This document shows, one piece after another, positions 40,101 through 50,047 of a DNA stretch of 64,000 nt. Source of the DNA: Nanobdellota archaeon (GTDB lineage Archaea; Nanobdellota; Nanobdellia; Pacearchaeales; GW2011-AR1). How positions within the stretch are numbered: position 1 is the first letter of the stretch; every line of letters starts with the position of its first letter. Both the position numbers and the translations under genes were made by a program. The notes under the pieces were generated by a model. It had not been told where the DNA came from and ran no database searches. It worked only from the letters and a program-made list of their open reading frames with translations. The DNA lies in the NCBI GenBank assembly GCA_038044745.1, contig JBBSZK010000002.1:110938-174937 (forward strand). The letters run 5' to 3'.

Positions 40101-41086
40101 GCCTGGTTCCATGCTTCGGTCAGCGCGCGCAAATCATTAGCCCGACTCTGGGCCCCCGAAAAATCCCCCGCTTCGAGCAAACTTCGTATTTCTACGACCA
40201 TGGCGCGCGTTTGTGATTGATATTCTGCAGAGCCTAGCCCATCATAACGCGCCCTAGACATTGTATTATCCTGTCCCTGGCCATTAAATCCGTGACGAGA
40301 TTCAACCCACATGTTGAGCCCTATCCAGTGCCAATTGCAGTCATCGCACATTTCAAGTCTAATCTTAGCTTCAGAACGATCTGCCTCGAAGAGGGTTATC
40401 TCCTCAACAAGAACTTGCTGGCTCTCACGCTTGTTCTCGCTTCCAAAAAGGCCATTCATCAGTTCACCACACTGTGCAGGATTTTGGTTGAAGTGTGAAT
40501 TAAAAAGTTGCTCAACATTGACGCTCTCTTCAGCCAGCCGCTCTAATACATTCTCATCTAAGTTTACGCTATAACGTTCAGCAAGTTCTGTAACAGTCTC
40601 AATCTCATCAGCGATGTCAAAGTCATCTTCTACCTGCTTAAACTGTACATCATTATGCAGACGATACACCAAAGCATCTTCGCCATCACGAACAGAAATG
40701 CTGGGCCACGCATTAAGCCATATCTGGATAGTCTTCCCATCAAAAAGTATCTTTTTCCACGCAGGCACTTCGTTATCAACTTTTTTCTCCCGATCTTCTC
40801 CTTCAACCCACACCCATTTTGTACGTTCACGGGGCTCCCCTAATGCGGACCCGAGCTGTTGTTCAGTCAAAACAGCATCGTGCCCCTGAGAAAGAGCACC
40901 CATAGCCTCCGCAAGTTCAGCACGAAGAGAGCTCATATGCACAATCAGCTGCGCATAATCAATGTTCCCCGTTTCATATTCTTCAGCGTAGTGTGTTATC
41001 CGCTGAATTGTCGGATCAATAGAAGTAGCAGTAGCAAGGGGAACAAAGAAAAAAAGGAGATAGAGAACAACTGCCCCTCTTTTCAT
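37193..41086 (-). CDS. Giant acidic Cys-rich secreted/surface protein
   Basis: Signal peptide MKRGAVVLYLLFFFVPLATA; CDNNQDDNRDGAIDCADAQC and CGNHICEEGE repeats; Glu/Ser-rich linkers. Confidence 0.85.
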   Translation of the reverse strand: MKRGAVVLYLLFFFVPLATATSIDPTIQRITHYAEEYETGNIDYAQLIVHMSSLRAELAEAMGALSQGHDAVLTEQQLGSALGEPRERTKWVWVEGEDREKKVDNEVPAWKKILFDGKTIQIWLNAWPSISVRDGEDALVYRLHNDVQFKQVEDDFDIADEIETVTELAERYSVNLDENVLERLAEESVNVEQLFNSHFNQNPAQCGELMNGLFGSENKRESQQVLVEEITLFEADRSEAKIRLEMCDDCNWHWIGLNMWVESRHGFNGQGQDNTMSRARYDGLGSAEYQSQTRAMVVEIRSLLEAGDFSGAQSRANDLRALTEAWNQAANNVWEQFEGSEYQVDFSTMTPEAQEECSRTYCWIKKNQERAQAQQALITSNYEERKAFYLELFAPYEKKEQSFTQEQWEKQLVRSFVEAGQETCDNNQDDNRDGAIDCADAQCGGQVCGYGAVEVTDENNTTSQQEVALYCISNMCRQREEVVVDAGPVCGNHICEEGESGDVNLAEESDTPMACEMDCVQCVVFEPLVCEGSVIFSGNDINGCPLTPVCIGETTYCTFDADCTPPLCGVAACVEGTCQTTTLEECREAECAADEERVQACENGDQIISSICGGGVWVETGVACTEGAVAEETRGVEEVVTRACVVRSDCGGEHDVCSNGQCVTLPEVVEEAGVDEEIVDGEESENVEETEIEASTESADNAAEPEPSQDSSEGARESSEVTGNVIFSFFRAFANRMTTTARAVEGEGEDGGEESSESDSDEGSGGENPDSSGESTTIGQGSEGGEGSFQENQQPDDDFDDERLREEDDRENREQEDRDRRENECKERCDRECYDMNVRPSVEKCIFETCGENFECNLDDVRVTCESSASGESNLESCARDCIDTCMAGENTWRESERKEHKLEKFVFGVGGACRKEQGKEGGNIWFNAWGQDLQDFQQIKNKYFLGDGGGDWCARELQNLLRQRAELEKSLNKEFAAWFFEQYVANAADDWQNHMSGIFEIYWRDVDISRQIAERQRCLGQSEVLSSNLITFTYETEYGSVEFWEEIKSAQLGDDDGEQQLISPYMKLWLFPSRDFFVREMQTAMEQHRMPGPAEEQGDKKGGLSARDREELSTDDDIMSFVREFNAQYGDSLAVQFKNVETAEIMFNVYVRLNEEEIVYFEPMPLEEMSEVDVTITLDSEKLLDMIEYSESGRVELQSPPWDRKPDVGGITGVVSGAQMYLKMRALMGSIAVTPAAAEGDAKRFMKDFFDIVMGDDRGGPEGQDEEKGDEREGELQEGSEGFDDKGFDDSSDERR

Positions 41087-41180
41087 TGATGTACAAAAGA
41101 CCGCTAGTATAAAAAGATGACGTTCCAAGCAAAACGAACAGAAGACATTGCCTGTAAAACACGAGTCGACGGGTGAGAAT

Positions 41181-41232
41181 ACAACGCGGTCGACCGAAGG
41201 GAGAAGTTCGGGGCTCGCCGAAAATTCGTTGT
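41181..41232. repeat. Imperfect palindrome (REP/attC-like hairpin)
   Basis: ACAACG-CGGTCGA-CCGAA-loop-TTCGG-ggc-TCGCCG-aaaatt-CGTTGT. Confidence 0.5.
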
Positions 41233-41318
41233 CATCGCCGTTGTTGAAAAATTATCTACTAACTTTCAAGGGATGAAAAATGAAACATTTATAAAACCCA
41301 TGCTAATACAGTAACACC

Positions 41319-41765
41319 GTGGTAAACAGATCAAAATTGACGATAGGCACAATTTTTGGCATAGCATCGGCTTTACAATTTACAGCTTACTTTAGCAAGC
41401 CGAATATACCTGAGATGGGCTTGCTAAGAAGTGCTTCTACTTATATACGACAATACGACGGACAAAATCCAAGAGAAGCATTGGATTATATCCAAAGAAC
41501 ATTACAGGTTATAGCCAAAAAGAATCCTGAAATCCAAGAGATTTCTGAATTAGAAAAAGGATTATCCCAAGTAAATGAAGAAATTGGAACTTCACAAAAT
41601 AGGATGGTTTACCAACCTGTATTGAAGTCCATTGGAGATAAAATGAGAGATGCTTCTGAAAAGAATAGCAGAAATTCATGGACTCTTTGGGCAGGGATTC
41701 TTAACGGAGCTGCTTCCCTTACGTATTTAACAAATCCATACAATTGGAGAAGAAAAAAAGATTAA
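41319..41765 (+). CDS. AT-rich hypothetical membrane protein
   Basis: Terminal hydrophobic segments around a helical core; TTTATAAA upstream. Confidence 0.65.
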   Translation: MVNRSKLTIGTIFGIASALQFTAYFSKPNIPEMGLLRSASTYIRQYDGQNPREALDYIQRTLQVIAKKNPEIQEISELEKGLSQVNEEIGTSQNRMVYQPVLKSIGDKMRDASEKNSRNSWTLWAGILNGAASLTYLTNPYNWRRKKD

Positions 41766-41919
41766 ATCTTTCGCCCCATAGTTTTTATCTTTCAGCAAGT
41801 TCGTTAAAATTTTGTTAGACAAAGTGAGGGTGCAACCGAGCGCAGAACATTCAAGGAATAAGGCCACTTGCCTTCCGTTATAACTATATACTTTTAAACC
41901 TCCGATAAATAAGAGAAAA

Positions 41920-44163
41920 ATGGCCCCTGTAGAATCATTCTTACCTGCAACAAGCGAACCCAAACAAACGGTTGAAAAAACAGTCCGACAGAAACCAAGT
42001 GTAGCCGAGCTTACCACGATTGAATCACCCGGCAGACCAATACCTGCAAACGAATTTGACCAAGATGAAAGAAAAAAAAGCAGAAAAAAACCCGCGCGCC
42101 CAAAGAAAGAACCTGCACGAATAAAAGAAAAAAAGGAAACCCCTGTAAAATTAAACGGAGATGCGATACTCATACTAACCGAAAAACCGCAAGCAGCACT
42201 TAAGATTGCATCCGCGCTCGGCAACGCACACAAATACAGCGAGAACAACGTGCCCTTCTACGAACTGCAACGAAACGGCAAAACGATTATTGTGGCCTCG
42301 GCCGTAGGCCATCTATTCAACCTCGCACAGAGCAAAGGACAAACGGGCTGGCCAATTTTCGCAATGGAGTGGGTGCCTGCATTTCAAAAAACGGCGTTTA
42401 CCAAAAGATACTATGATGTTATCAAAAGATTAGCGTCCCGTACAAAAGAAATAATGGTCGCAACAGACTATGATATAGAAGGAGAAGTCATTGGCTGGAA
42501 CATTGTTCGTTTTCTGCTCCACCAAAAAGACGCGAAACGTATGAAATTCTCAACACTCACCAAGCCAGAGTTAGAAAAGGCGTATGAACACCCGCTTCCT
42601 ACAATTGATTGGGGACAGGCATACGCCGGAGAAACACGACATCAAATTGATTGGCTCTACGGAATAAACCTTTCGAGAGCACTCATGGCTGCCATAAAGC
42701 GAACAGGCGCATTCAAAATTCTCTCCATTGGGCGTATTCAAGGACCTGCCCTTAAAATAATCGTGGACAGAGAAAAGGAGATTGCGGCCTTCACATCGGT
42801 GCCCTATTGGAACGTGTTTGCCCATATAGGCGAACAGACGTTCAAACACCCCAAGGACATTTTCGAAGAGAAACAACTTAAGGCATTTGAGAATATTCGA
42901 GAAGCCGTTGCAGAAACCACAAAGAGAGAAGAGCACGTCGAACCACCTCATCCCTTTGACCTTACGACGTTACAACGAGAGGCATATGCCTGGCACAAAA
43001 TAGCTCCTGCACGAACCTTGCAAGTGGCACAAGCCCTCTATCTTGACAGCCTCATATCTTACCCTCGAACAAGCTCTCAAAAAATACCGCAAGAAATCGG
43101 ACCAAAAGAGATTCTCAAAAAGCTAGAAAAAACGTTCCCTGAAGCAAGAAAAGCGTCGCGTCCGCAACCCGTTGAAGGACCCAAGTCAGACCCTGCACAC
43201 CCTTCTATATACCCAACAGGGGAAATAGCTTCATTAGAAGGAGATGAAAAAAAAGTCTATGAGCTGATTGTTAAACGATTCATCAGTGCATTTTCTGACA
43301 ACGCCTTGCTTGCGCGAAAAAACGTCACGCTCATAGCCGGGGATAAAACATTCACCGCAAATGGGACTAAAATAATAAAAAAAGGATGGATGCACGTCTA
43401 CCCTTCTCTGACCGCTGAATCAGAGTTAGAAGATTACGCCGGAAAAGTAGCTATTGACAAAATAACCTTTGAAAAGAAAGAAACGCAACCCCCTAAGAGG
43501 TACACGCCGACTTCACTTATAACGCTCCTTGAAAAGAAAAATCTCGGAACTAAAACAACCCGTTCTATGATTGTTGAAACGCTCTTTGACCGAGGCTATC
43601 TCGAAGGCACTTCAATAAAGGCAACGCCTCTGGGCATAAAGCTCATTGAAGCACTTGAAAAACACTCCCCCATCATCATAAACGAAGAACTCACCCAAGA
43701 TCTTGAAAAAAAAATGGAAGACCTTCAAATCACAAAGGAGAACAGAGCAGAAAAAGAGAAAGAAATAATTGCCCATGTTGAGAAGATAATTACAGACATC
43801 GCACACGGGTTCAAAGCCCACGAGCTGGAGATAGGAAAAGCACTTCAGGAAGGCAACATTGAACTGCGAGAAATACAAAAGGAGCAAGGAAAAATAATGC
43901 CCTGCCCCGTTTGTAAAACGGGCACGCTAAGCATACGATATTCAAAAAAAATAGGCCGCTACTTCGTCGCATGCGATCAATATCCTGCATGCAAAACAAC
44001 CTTTTCGCTCCCGCCCAATGCCCTGATTAAAAAAACAGAAAAAGTATCAGAAAATGGCCTCCCGCTTCTCATGGCTCTGCGCAAAGGAAAAAAGCCTTGG
44101 ATATTCGAATTTAACCCCCACTACAAGACACAGCAAACAGGTTCATCCAATTCAGACAGGTGA
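41920..44163 (+). CDS. topA: Type IA DNA topoisomerase
   Basis: TEKP, GHL, ATDYDIEGE (Toprim), SIGRIQ, SYPRT, C-terminal Zn ribbon. Confidence 0.96.
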   Translation: MAPVESFLPATSEPKQTVEKTVRQKPSVAELTTIESPGRPIPANEFDQDERKKSRKKPARPKKEPARIKEKKETPVKLNGDAILILTEKPQAALKIASALGNAHKYSENNVPFYELQRNGKTIIVASAVGHLFNLAQSKGQTGWPIFAMEWVPAFQKTAFTKRYYDVIKRLASRTKEIMVATDYDIEGEVIGWNIVRFLLHQKDAKRMKFSTLTKPELEKAYEHPLPTIDWGQAYAGETRHQIDWLYGINLSRALMAAIKRTGAFKILSIGRIQGPALKIIVDREKEIAAFTSVPYWNVFAHIGEQTFKHPKDIFEEKQLKAFENIREAVAETTKREEHVEPPHPFDLTTLQREAYAWHKIAPARTLQVAQALYLDSLISYPRTSSQKIPQEIGPKEILKKLEKTFPEARKASRPQPVEGPKSDPAHPSIYPTGEIASLEGDEKKVYELIVKRFISAFSDNALLARKNVTLIAGDKTFTANGTKIIKKGWMHVYPSLTAESELEDYAGKVAIDKITFEKKETQPPKRYTPTSLITLLEKKNLGTKTTRSMIVETLFDRGYLEGTSIKATPLGIKLIEALEKHSPIIINEELTQDLEKKMEDLQITKENRAEKEKEIIAHVEKIITDIAHGFKAHELEIGKALQEGNIELREIQKEQGKIMPCPVCKTGTLSIRYSKKIGRYFVACDQYPACKTTFSLPPNALIKKTEKVSENGLPLLMALRKGKKPWIFEFNPHYKTQQTGSSNSDR

Positions 44164-44892
44164 AATAACTGAAGGCTTTTCAGATTTCGCCCCTAATAAC
44201 TTTCGTTTACGCGCCCTTTTGATAAGCCAGAATACAATATAAGCCACGACCACAAAGAATACAACCGTGCCAACAAGAATAACGTATAACAAATAAGGGC
44301 TCAACATAGGCGGGAGTATATCTCCAATAGTTTCAGTGATATTGTCTATAATTCCACTATCATCTTCGGTCTCTTTCGAAGTTGCATTGCTTTGATTATT
44401 CACAATAACCGTGCTGTTTCCTCCACTACCGCCGCTACTTCCACCACCAGTATCTCCAGTCGTCTCGCTTGAAGTAGCGTTATAATAAACATAGTCTTCA
44501 CTCCCGCTCGCAGCAACAACCAATAAGTAACGCAGACTCACGGTCCCACCTGTGTGAGTGACGTTGAAAAGTTCACCAGAGCCACTCACTCCGAGATAAT
44601 CGTCACTCGCGTTGAGGCTTGATCCATAACCGCTAACTATGCCTCCCCTAGTAGAATAACCGTAAGTAGCTATATCCGTAGTCCCTAGAAAGTTAAAATG
44701 GGCGACCGAACCAATAGTTCCAGTAAAGTCGAGGTTAGCTTCGTAAGAATAGATGCCGCTCGCACCTGCAATACTCACCGTAGCGAGAGTCGAGTTGACA
44801 TTATCGATAGAGAGGCTTACGGCACCAACAATAGAAGAATAAGCAATAGCAAGACCCAAGCAAATAACAAGAGTACGCCAATCACCGTTCAT
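44152..44892 (-). CDS. Membrane-anchored cohesin-like protein
   Basis: Signal peptide; beta-rich VSIAGASGIYSYEANLDF...NFLG...GVSGSGELFNVT; Gly/Ser linker; C-terminal TM plus KRARKRK. Confidence 0.65.
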   Translation of the reverse strand: MNGDWRTLVICLGLAIAYSSIVGAVSLSIDNVNSTLATVSIAGASGIYSYEANLDFTGTIGSVAHFNFLGTTDIATYGYSTRGGIVSGYGSSLNASDDYLGVSGSGELFNVTHTGGTVSLRYLLVVAASGSEDYVYYNATSSETTGDTGGGSSGGSGGNSTVIVNNQSNATSKETEDDSGIIDNITETIGDILPPMLSPYLLYVILVGTVVFFVVVAYIVFWLIKRARKRKLLGAKSEKPSVISPV

Positions 44893-44947
44893 CAAGCAAC
44901 AAGTTGACTAATCGTTTTAAATGTTACGTTAAAAACAAAAGGCTCAA

Positions 44948-45511
44948 TCAGCAATTAACGCCTACACACCGCAACATGTTACCGGACTTCAACGCTGGCT
45001 TGCGTACCACCGTAAACTCATCGTTCTCAATAACATAAGGTTGTTCATTAACATCCTGATCTAAAAAGAGTATATCACCCATACCAAAACTCGTTCTTCC
45101 CTTAAATCCAGGTTGAAGTGTGAAGTAGTAGGTCGCTAAATAACCTTGCTTGTTAGACTTTGCATCTCCTCGAGACACTGCACGAGCTTCATAAAACATA
45201 TCTATGCCTAAGTCCCACCAAACCATCTGATTTCCTTCAAAGAAGTCCACGCTTGAATTAGGAAACTCGACTCGAGTCACAGACATATAAGGCTGTAATT
45301 CAATAGGAATATTAACAGTCCATTGCACGCCCCTCGTTGCATCTCCATTCAAGCCAGTGTTATCGGCCCAGACACGAAGAGGATATTCGGTAACGCCATC
45401 AGCAACCACAACCGAAGGCACTTCAGTTTTGATAAGAGCTTGAGCACTTACAAATGAAACAGCCATGACTAAAGAAAACATCATCAGACCCATTAACAAC
45501 GACAATTTCAT
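44948..45511 (-). CDS. Secreted cohesin-like beta-sandwich protein
   Basis: Signal peptide ending VSA; LRVWADN...GVQWTVN...VTRV...QGYLATYYFT...GDILFLD. Confidence 0.55.
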   Translation of the reverse strand: MKLSLLMGLMMFSLVMAVSFVSAQALIKTEVPSVVVADGVTEYPLRVWADNTGLNGDATRGVQWTVNIPIELQPYMSVTRVEFPNSSVDFFEGNQMVWWDLGIDMFYEARAVSRGDAKSNKQGYLATYYFTLQPGFKGRTSFGMGDILFLDQDVNEQPYVIENDEFTVVRKPALKSGNMLRCVGVNC

Positions 45512-45571
45512 AGCCGAGCAGTAACGAAAAGAGTATTTAAAGATTTCCATGGTGAAAAATATCAAGCGTTG

Positions 45572-48500
45572 TTAGGAAGGTCTTGTACCATATTCGAAGC
45601 CGAGCTTAGAGATGTCTATAACGTTAATTTTATTATCGCACTGTATATCTGTGGCATTGTTGAAACCACTATCCGTTGAGATATTGTTATATCGATCAGT
45701 TACAAGAATGATGTCCTGGAGATTAATAAGGCCGTTATTATTCACATCAACATCCTTCGGGCATAGGCTATCTTTTACACGCGTGACGCTACCATAAGTG
45801 CCGCTCAAACTGCTTGCAGAGCCACCGCCGCTGACATTCGGCGTACTTGGGCTTCCATAGACTCCCCCAAAGAGGGCATGATAATTAAATTGCAAGATGC
45901 CTCCGTTGCCCCCAGTTGCGCCCACCTGAACCGCATACCCGCCATACCCCGAGAAATTGCTGTAGGTCCGGTTGAATAAAAAGGCAGTGATGTTTAATAT
46001 TCCAGCATTACCTCCATTTCCTGTGCTAGTATTCAACCCTGTGAAATCCATACGTCCCCCGTGGATAAACGAAAATCGCTCACTCACGTTCAAAGTGAGG
46101 TTACGTGCGAGGCCTGCTCCACCGAGATGACCTGCGTATAAAGTGCCGTTTACAGTCATGTTCTGGAAATGGCATACACTATCGGTGCAAAGGCCATTGT
46201 GTAACGTACACGAACTAACGATAGAACAATTGCCTCCCTCCGCACAGCCGCTCCCCAAACAAGAGGTCATATCTATAGTGTAATTACCGCCCTTGCTTAT
46301 GTTGAACGTGATTGTAGTTATATTAAGTGTCGACGTGTTGATGCAACTAGCCCCCTCAACAGAGCAGACCGCTCCGTCCCTCAACAATTGAGCAAGAGGT
46401 CCAACACGCACAGTATAGAAAGTCACGTTGGCAGACTGATTCAAATAACCATTAGAACTATTGACAAAAAGAAAGTTATTGTCAATATAGACTTCAGCGC
46501 TCAAGTTCAGACCAGACCCATTGATATAGTTCGTGAATGAAATGTCTCCTTTATCGTAGTATCTGAATGTAACAAGACTCCCAAGCCCTGTAAAGTTGTA
46601 AGCTCCTATAGAGATATTCTCAAGATTCGTACCATTGAGGCTTGCTGTCGCAATAAGCAAATCAAGTATTGTTGAATTCACAATAGTAATATTCGCAAAA
46701 GTCAAATTAGTTGCTTTGGCCCCGCTGATACGAATAGCTTCTGACCCCGTTCCATTAATTACCCCGCCCAAGATATAGCCATCAGGCGATGAAGTTGATG
46801 CTGAAATTGAAATGCCCCTGCGAGTGCTATTGTGAATCATATTATCCCTCACGAAAGAAGAAGATACTTCGCTGAAGGTTATAGCGTCACGATTATGGTA
46901 AAAAGTGTTATTATCGACAGTCAGATTAGAGGTTAATGCCGCCGTGATTGCAGTAGTGGTACTATAATAGAAAGTATTATTCGAGATAATGTAATCTGAA
47001 GAAGGAGAACCATCTATGCCAGTAGGATTTTCTCCAAAGACGTTCCCTTGGATAAGTGTCGCCGCCACGGAATCGTAATTAATGCCCTTCGAGACGCTGT
47101 TATTGATAGTGTTGTAAGCAAAAACATGACCAGAACCAGCGACATCCACACCAATCCCTTCAACTCCAGAAGAAAATATGTTGTTTGACCTGATGGTTAC
47201 ATTCCATATAGAGCCCGTTGTGGCAGAACCTACCAAGATGCCATTAACCGTGTTTGAATTGATAGTATCGTTCTCGAGAAGCACGTGAGACGAACCTCTA
47301 AGGAAAACACCGATACGCTGGCTATTTAGAGTACAGTTAACAATCTGCGAATAATTCGAGTACCAAAGCTCTATCCCATTGCCCCCAGTCGATGTTGCAA
47401 CAGTCACATTGCAATTCTTTATTGTCGCGCTTACATTGCTTGCAGATATTCCTGCAAAAGCAGAAGTTGAGTTAGCTATCCAAAATCCGGCACCATCAAA
47501 GGTCACTCCAGACGCAGTGATGTTAATGCACGACCCTGTAACGTTGGGTATGATATTGGCCGTCTGTGTATAGCTAAGGCCAGTCTCGTTCAACAAACGG
47601 CACGAAGCCACATTCGAGTCTTCGGGGTCGATTATGTGGTCAATATCTATAGACCCTCCAAGAACATGCAAATCAAAAATATCTTCTTCCCCAACAAGCC
47701 CCGATAGATAGACTTTATTGTATTCGTTAGGATTCAGGTCACTAAAGCGAGCAATGGTCTCATTACCTTCCCGTTGATAAATATCGATAGAAGGATCGCC
47801 ATCAACTATTCTTGGATAAATGGTAATATCTCTTTCAGAGGTCAGGTTGTGTTCAAACGTCACACGTACGTAATGCCCATCAGAAATTGTCTCACTCCAA
47901 TTTCCATCAAGCGCATTCACAGACGCATAGATATCAGAGATAAAGGTTCTATTGCTATCCAAATGTTGAGCGGCGGTTATGACGATGATAGTAAATGTCT
48001 GATTAGATAAATGCGGCACGTTCCAGCTAACATAATCATAGAGTCCGTTAGCATCAGTATCGAGCACTTCTTCAGGTTCTAAGTAAACCATATTGTTCTC
48101 CCAATAGATAGCCACGTGAGAGGGCTCTCGTACTTCCATAGTCCTCGGAATATCTGTGAAAGCGAGCACATTCTCGTACAAAATGTTTTCAGGACCAACG
48201 ATAGTAATCTCTTTGCCGCCTTCGATTTCAGACTCAAGGGCGTAGGGTGCATCAGTGTAATAATTGACTTCAATGCTACTAACAGAGGCATCACTCGAAA
48301 TCACAATAGGCGCCTCTTCGATAGCATAACCAGTCAATGACAAGTCAAGCAAAAAAGCAAAAGTCTCACGTAGATTAATCGCGGCCCCCGTTATAGGAAG
48401 CACCACACTTGCATCCCCGCGCACCACTTCATCACCCTCAGGAGTGACTTCTTCTACAATATCTACAATTTCAGAAATGCTCGTTTGTTCGGTCACAAAA

Positions 48501-49756
48501 GTCACATCAGGAGATTCATCGGTGATAGATACTATGACTTCAGATATTTTTGCATTGTCTGTTGCGGCTTCCTGATCTCCAGCAGGAAGTATTTCAGTAA
48601 GAGTTATGTCTGTTGCCCCTTCAGGTAATTCGAACGTCACCTTAGAAGGTTCGGAAAGGTCCACGCGCTGTTTCCATTGTACTGGTTCTCCAAGAACAAT
48701 ACGCTTGTGTACTTTTTCAACCGAGATGTCCACCCCAGTTACAGACGCTTCCACGGTAATATCCTTCTGAGCTTCAGCAAGCAGAACACCTTCATGATAT
48801 AATGTGACAAAGAGAGTATCACTTTGATTGAGAGTAAAACCAAATACAGAAAGATTAAGCACTAGCTCTAAATTGTTAGCACCGACGTAATCGGGGCCAA
48901 ACCCAGTTTCTTCATCGTAATAGGTTGTGCTTACTATAACTTTATTGTTTTTGCGTGTAAGTTGAACAGCATCGTCATCAACAATTTTTCCATCGATAGA
49001 AACACTTCCAGGAACCAGATTAACATCGTCGTAACCTGCCAAATCATAGACAAACGAGTTATCGAGGCGAGCGATACCACGTATGGTTGCTTCACGTATA
49101 ACTGCTGCGGTAACTCCCGGTGCCGACGCGACGGCGACTGCGGATGATTGAGAACCAGACTCAAGCGAAGGAGACAAATCTGATTCAGAAGGTTCATCAG
49201 ACGAGGCACCAACATCTTGCTCGCCCGAAGAGCCTACAAAATCTTCGCCAACAACAGTCACGGATTCTGAAGAAGAACTGCCATCGTTATCAGATTTGGC
49301 TAGAAAACGAAGTTCAAAATAGACTTCAGGAAAGCGTTGTCTGCTCCCCGCGAGCCCATAACCCTGTCCCTCGCCCGCCAAACGCAGACCTTGAATAAAA
49401 TAATCTCCTTCTACAAACAAGCTATCTGCAATAAGGGACTCCAGTGGCAAGCTGACCTTCTGCCCATTAACGTGTGCACCGACAACAGTCGTCCGAGGCA
49501 GGAGTTCCCCTTCTTTCAAACCAATAGTCATTACACCTGCAAGAGTGGAACCTTGTTCGTAAGCTGCAGGTATATCAAAACTTACTTTTCCAACAAGACG
49601 TGGAGGAAACAAGACCGAAAAGAAAAGCGCCCCCAAGAACATGCCAACCACAAAAATAACTCCAAGTACGGCTAACAAGTAATATTGAAAAGCGCGCGGT
49701 CTACGTGCCAAACGTCCCGAAATAATCCCTCTTTTTAGGTTAGATAACTCAGGCAT
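45572..49756 (-). CDS. Large surface protein with parallel beta-helix repeats and C-terminal dockerin
   Basis: N-terminal TM; NosD/PbH1-like repeats; DVNNNGLINLQDI...DIQCDNKINVIDI paired Ca-binding loops at the C-terminus. Confidence 0.85.
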   Translation of the reverse strand: MPELSNLKRGIISGRLARRPRAFQYYLLAVLGVIFVVGMFLGALFFSVLFPPRLVGKVSFDIPAAYEQGSTLAGVMTIGLKEGELLPRTTVVGAHVNGQKVSLPLESLIADSLFVEGDYFIQGLRLAGEGQGYGLAGSRQRFPEVYFELRFLAKSDNDGSSSSESVTVVGEDFVGSSGEQDVGASSDEPSESDLSPSLESGSQSSAVAVASAPGVTAAVIREATIRGIARLDNSFVYDLAGYDDVNLVPGSVSIDGKIVDDDAVQLTRKNNKVIVSTTYYDEETGFGPDYVGANNLELVLNLSVFGFTLNQSDTLFVTLYHEGVLLAEAQKDITVEASVTGVDISVEKVHKRIVLGEPVQWKQRVDLSEPSKVTFELPEGATDITLTEILPAGDQEAATDNAKISEVIVSITDESPDVTFVTEQTSISEIVDIVEEVTPEGDEVVRGDASVVLPITGAAINLRETFAFLLDLSLTGYAIEEAPIVISSDASVSSIEVNYYTDAPYALESEIEGGKEITIVGPENILYENVLAFTDIPRTMEVREPSHVAIYWENNMVYLEPEEVLDTDANGLYDYVSWNVPHLSNQTFTIIVITAAQHLDSNRTFISDIYASVNALDGNWSETISDGHYVRVTFEHNLTSERDITIYPRIVDGDPSIDIYQREGNETIARFSDLNPNEYNKVYLSGLVGEEDIFDLHVLGGSIDIDHIIDPEDSNVASCRLLNETGLSYTQTANIIPNVTGSCINITASGVTFDGAGFWIANSTSAFAGISASNVSATIKNCNVTVATSTGGNGIELWYSNYSQIVNCTLNSQRIGVFLRGSSHVLLENDTINSNTVNGILVGSATTGSIWNVTIRSNNIFSSGVEGIGVDVAGSGHVFAYNTINNSVSKGINYDSVAATLIQGNVFGENPTGIDGSPSSDYIISNNTFYYSTTTAITAALTSNLTVDNNTFYHNRDAITFSEVSSSFVRDNMIHNSTRRGISISASTSSPDGYILGGVINGTGSEAIRISGAKATNLTFANITIVNSTILDLLIATASLNGTNLENISIGAYNFTGLGSLVTFRYYDKGDISFTNYINGSGLNLSAEVYIDNNFLFVNSSNGYLNQSANVTFYTVRVGPLAQLLRDGAVCSVEGASCINTSTLNITTITFNISKGGNYTIDMTSCLGSGCAEGGNCSIVSSCTLHNGLCTDSVCHFQNMTVNGTLYAGHLGGAGLARNLTLNVSERFSFIHGGRMDFTGLNTSTGNGGNAGILNITAFLFNRTYSNFSGYGGYAVQVGATGGNGGILQFNYHALFGGVYGSPSTPNVSGGGSASSLSGTYGSVTRVKDSLCPKDVDVNNNGLINLQDIILVTDRYNNISTDSGFNNATDIQCDNKINVIDISKLGFEYGTRPS

Positions 49757-50047
49757 AACTTCTCCCAATTAAAAGCTACAGAATCGTTTAATATATAAGG
49801 GTTTGCGCAATGCAAAAAAGAGAATTTAGTCGCTTACGCATAGGTATCAATCTGGTTTCCAAGTGAATCGAGAGCTCTGCCATGAACAGGCTCAGGCGCC
49901 GTATAAGTAAAGCGTTGATAAAAAGACCCTTTGTAACGAGAAGGATTGCCGTCCATTTCTGCCGCATCGACAGGAGAAACACGCCCCGCATACAAAGCTT
50001 TCAAAGAAAAATCTCGGACCGAGCCGAGCTCGCTCATACAAATCATA

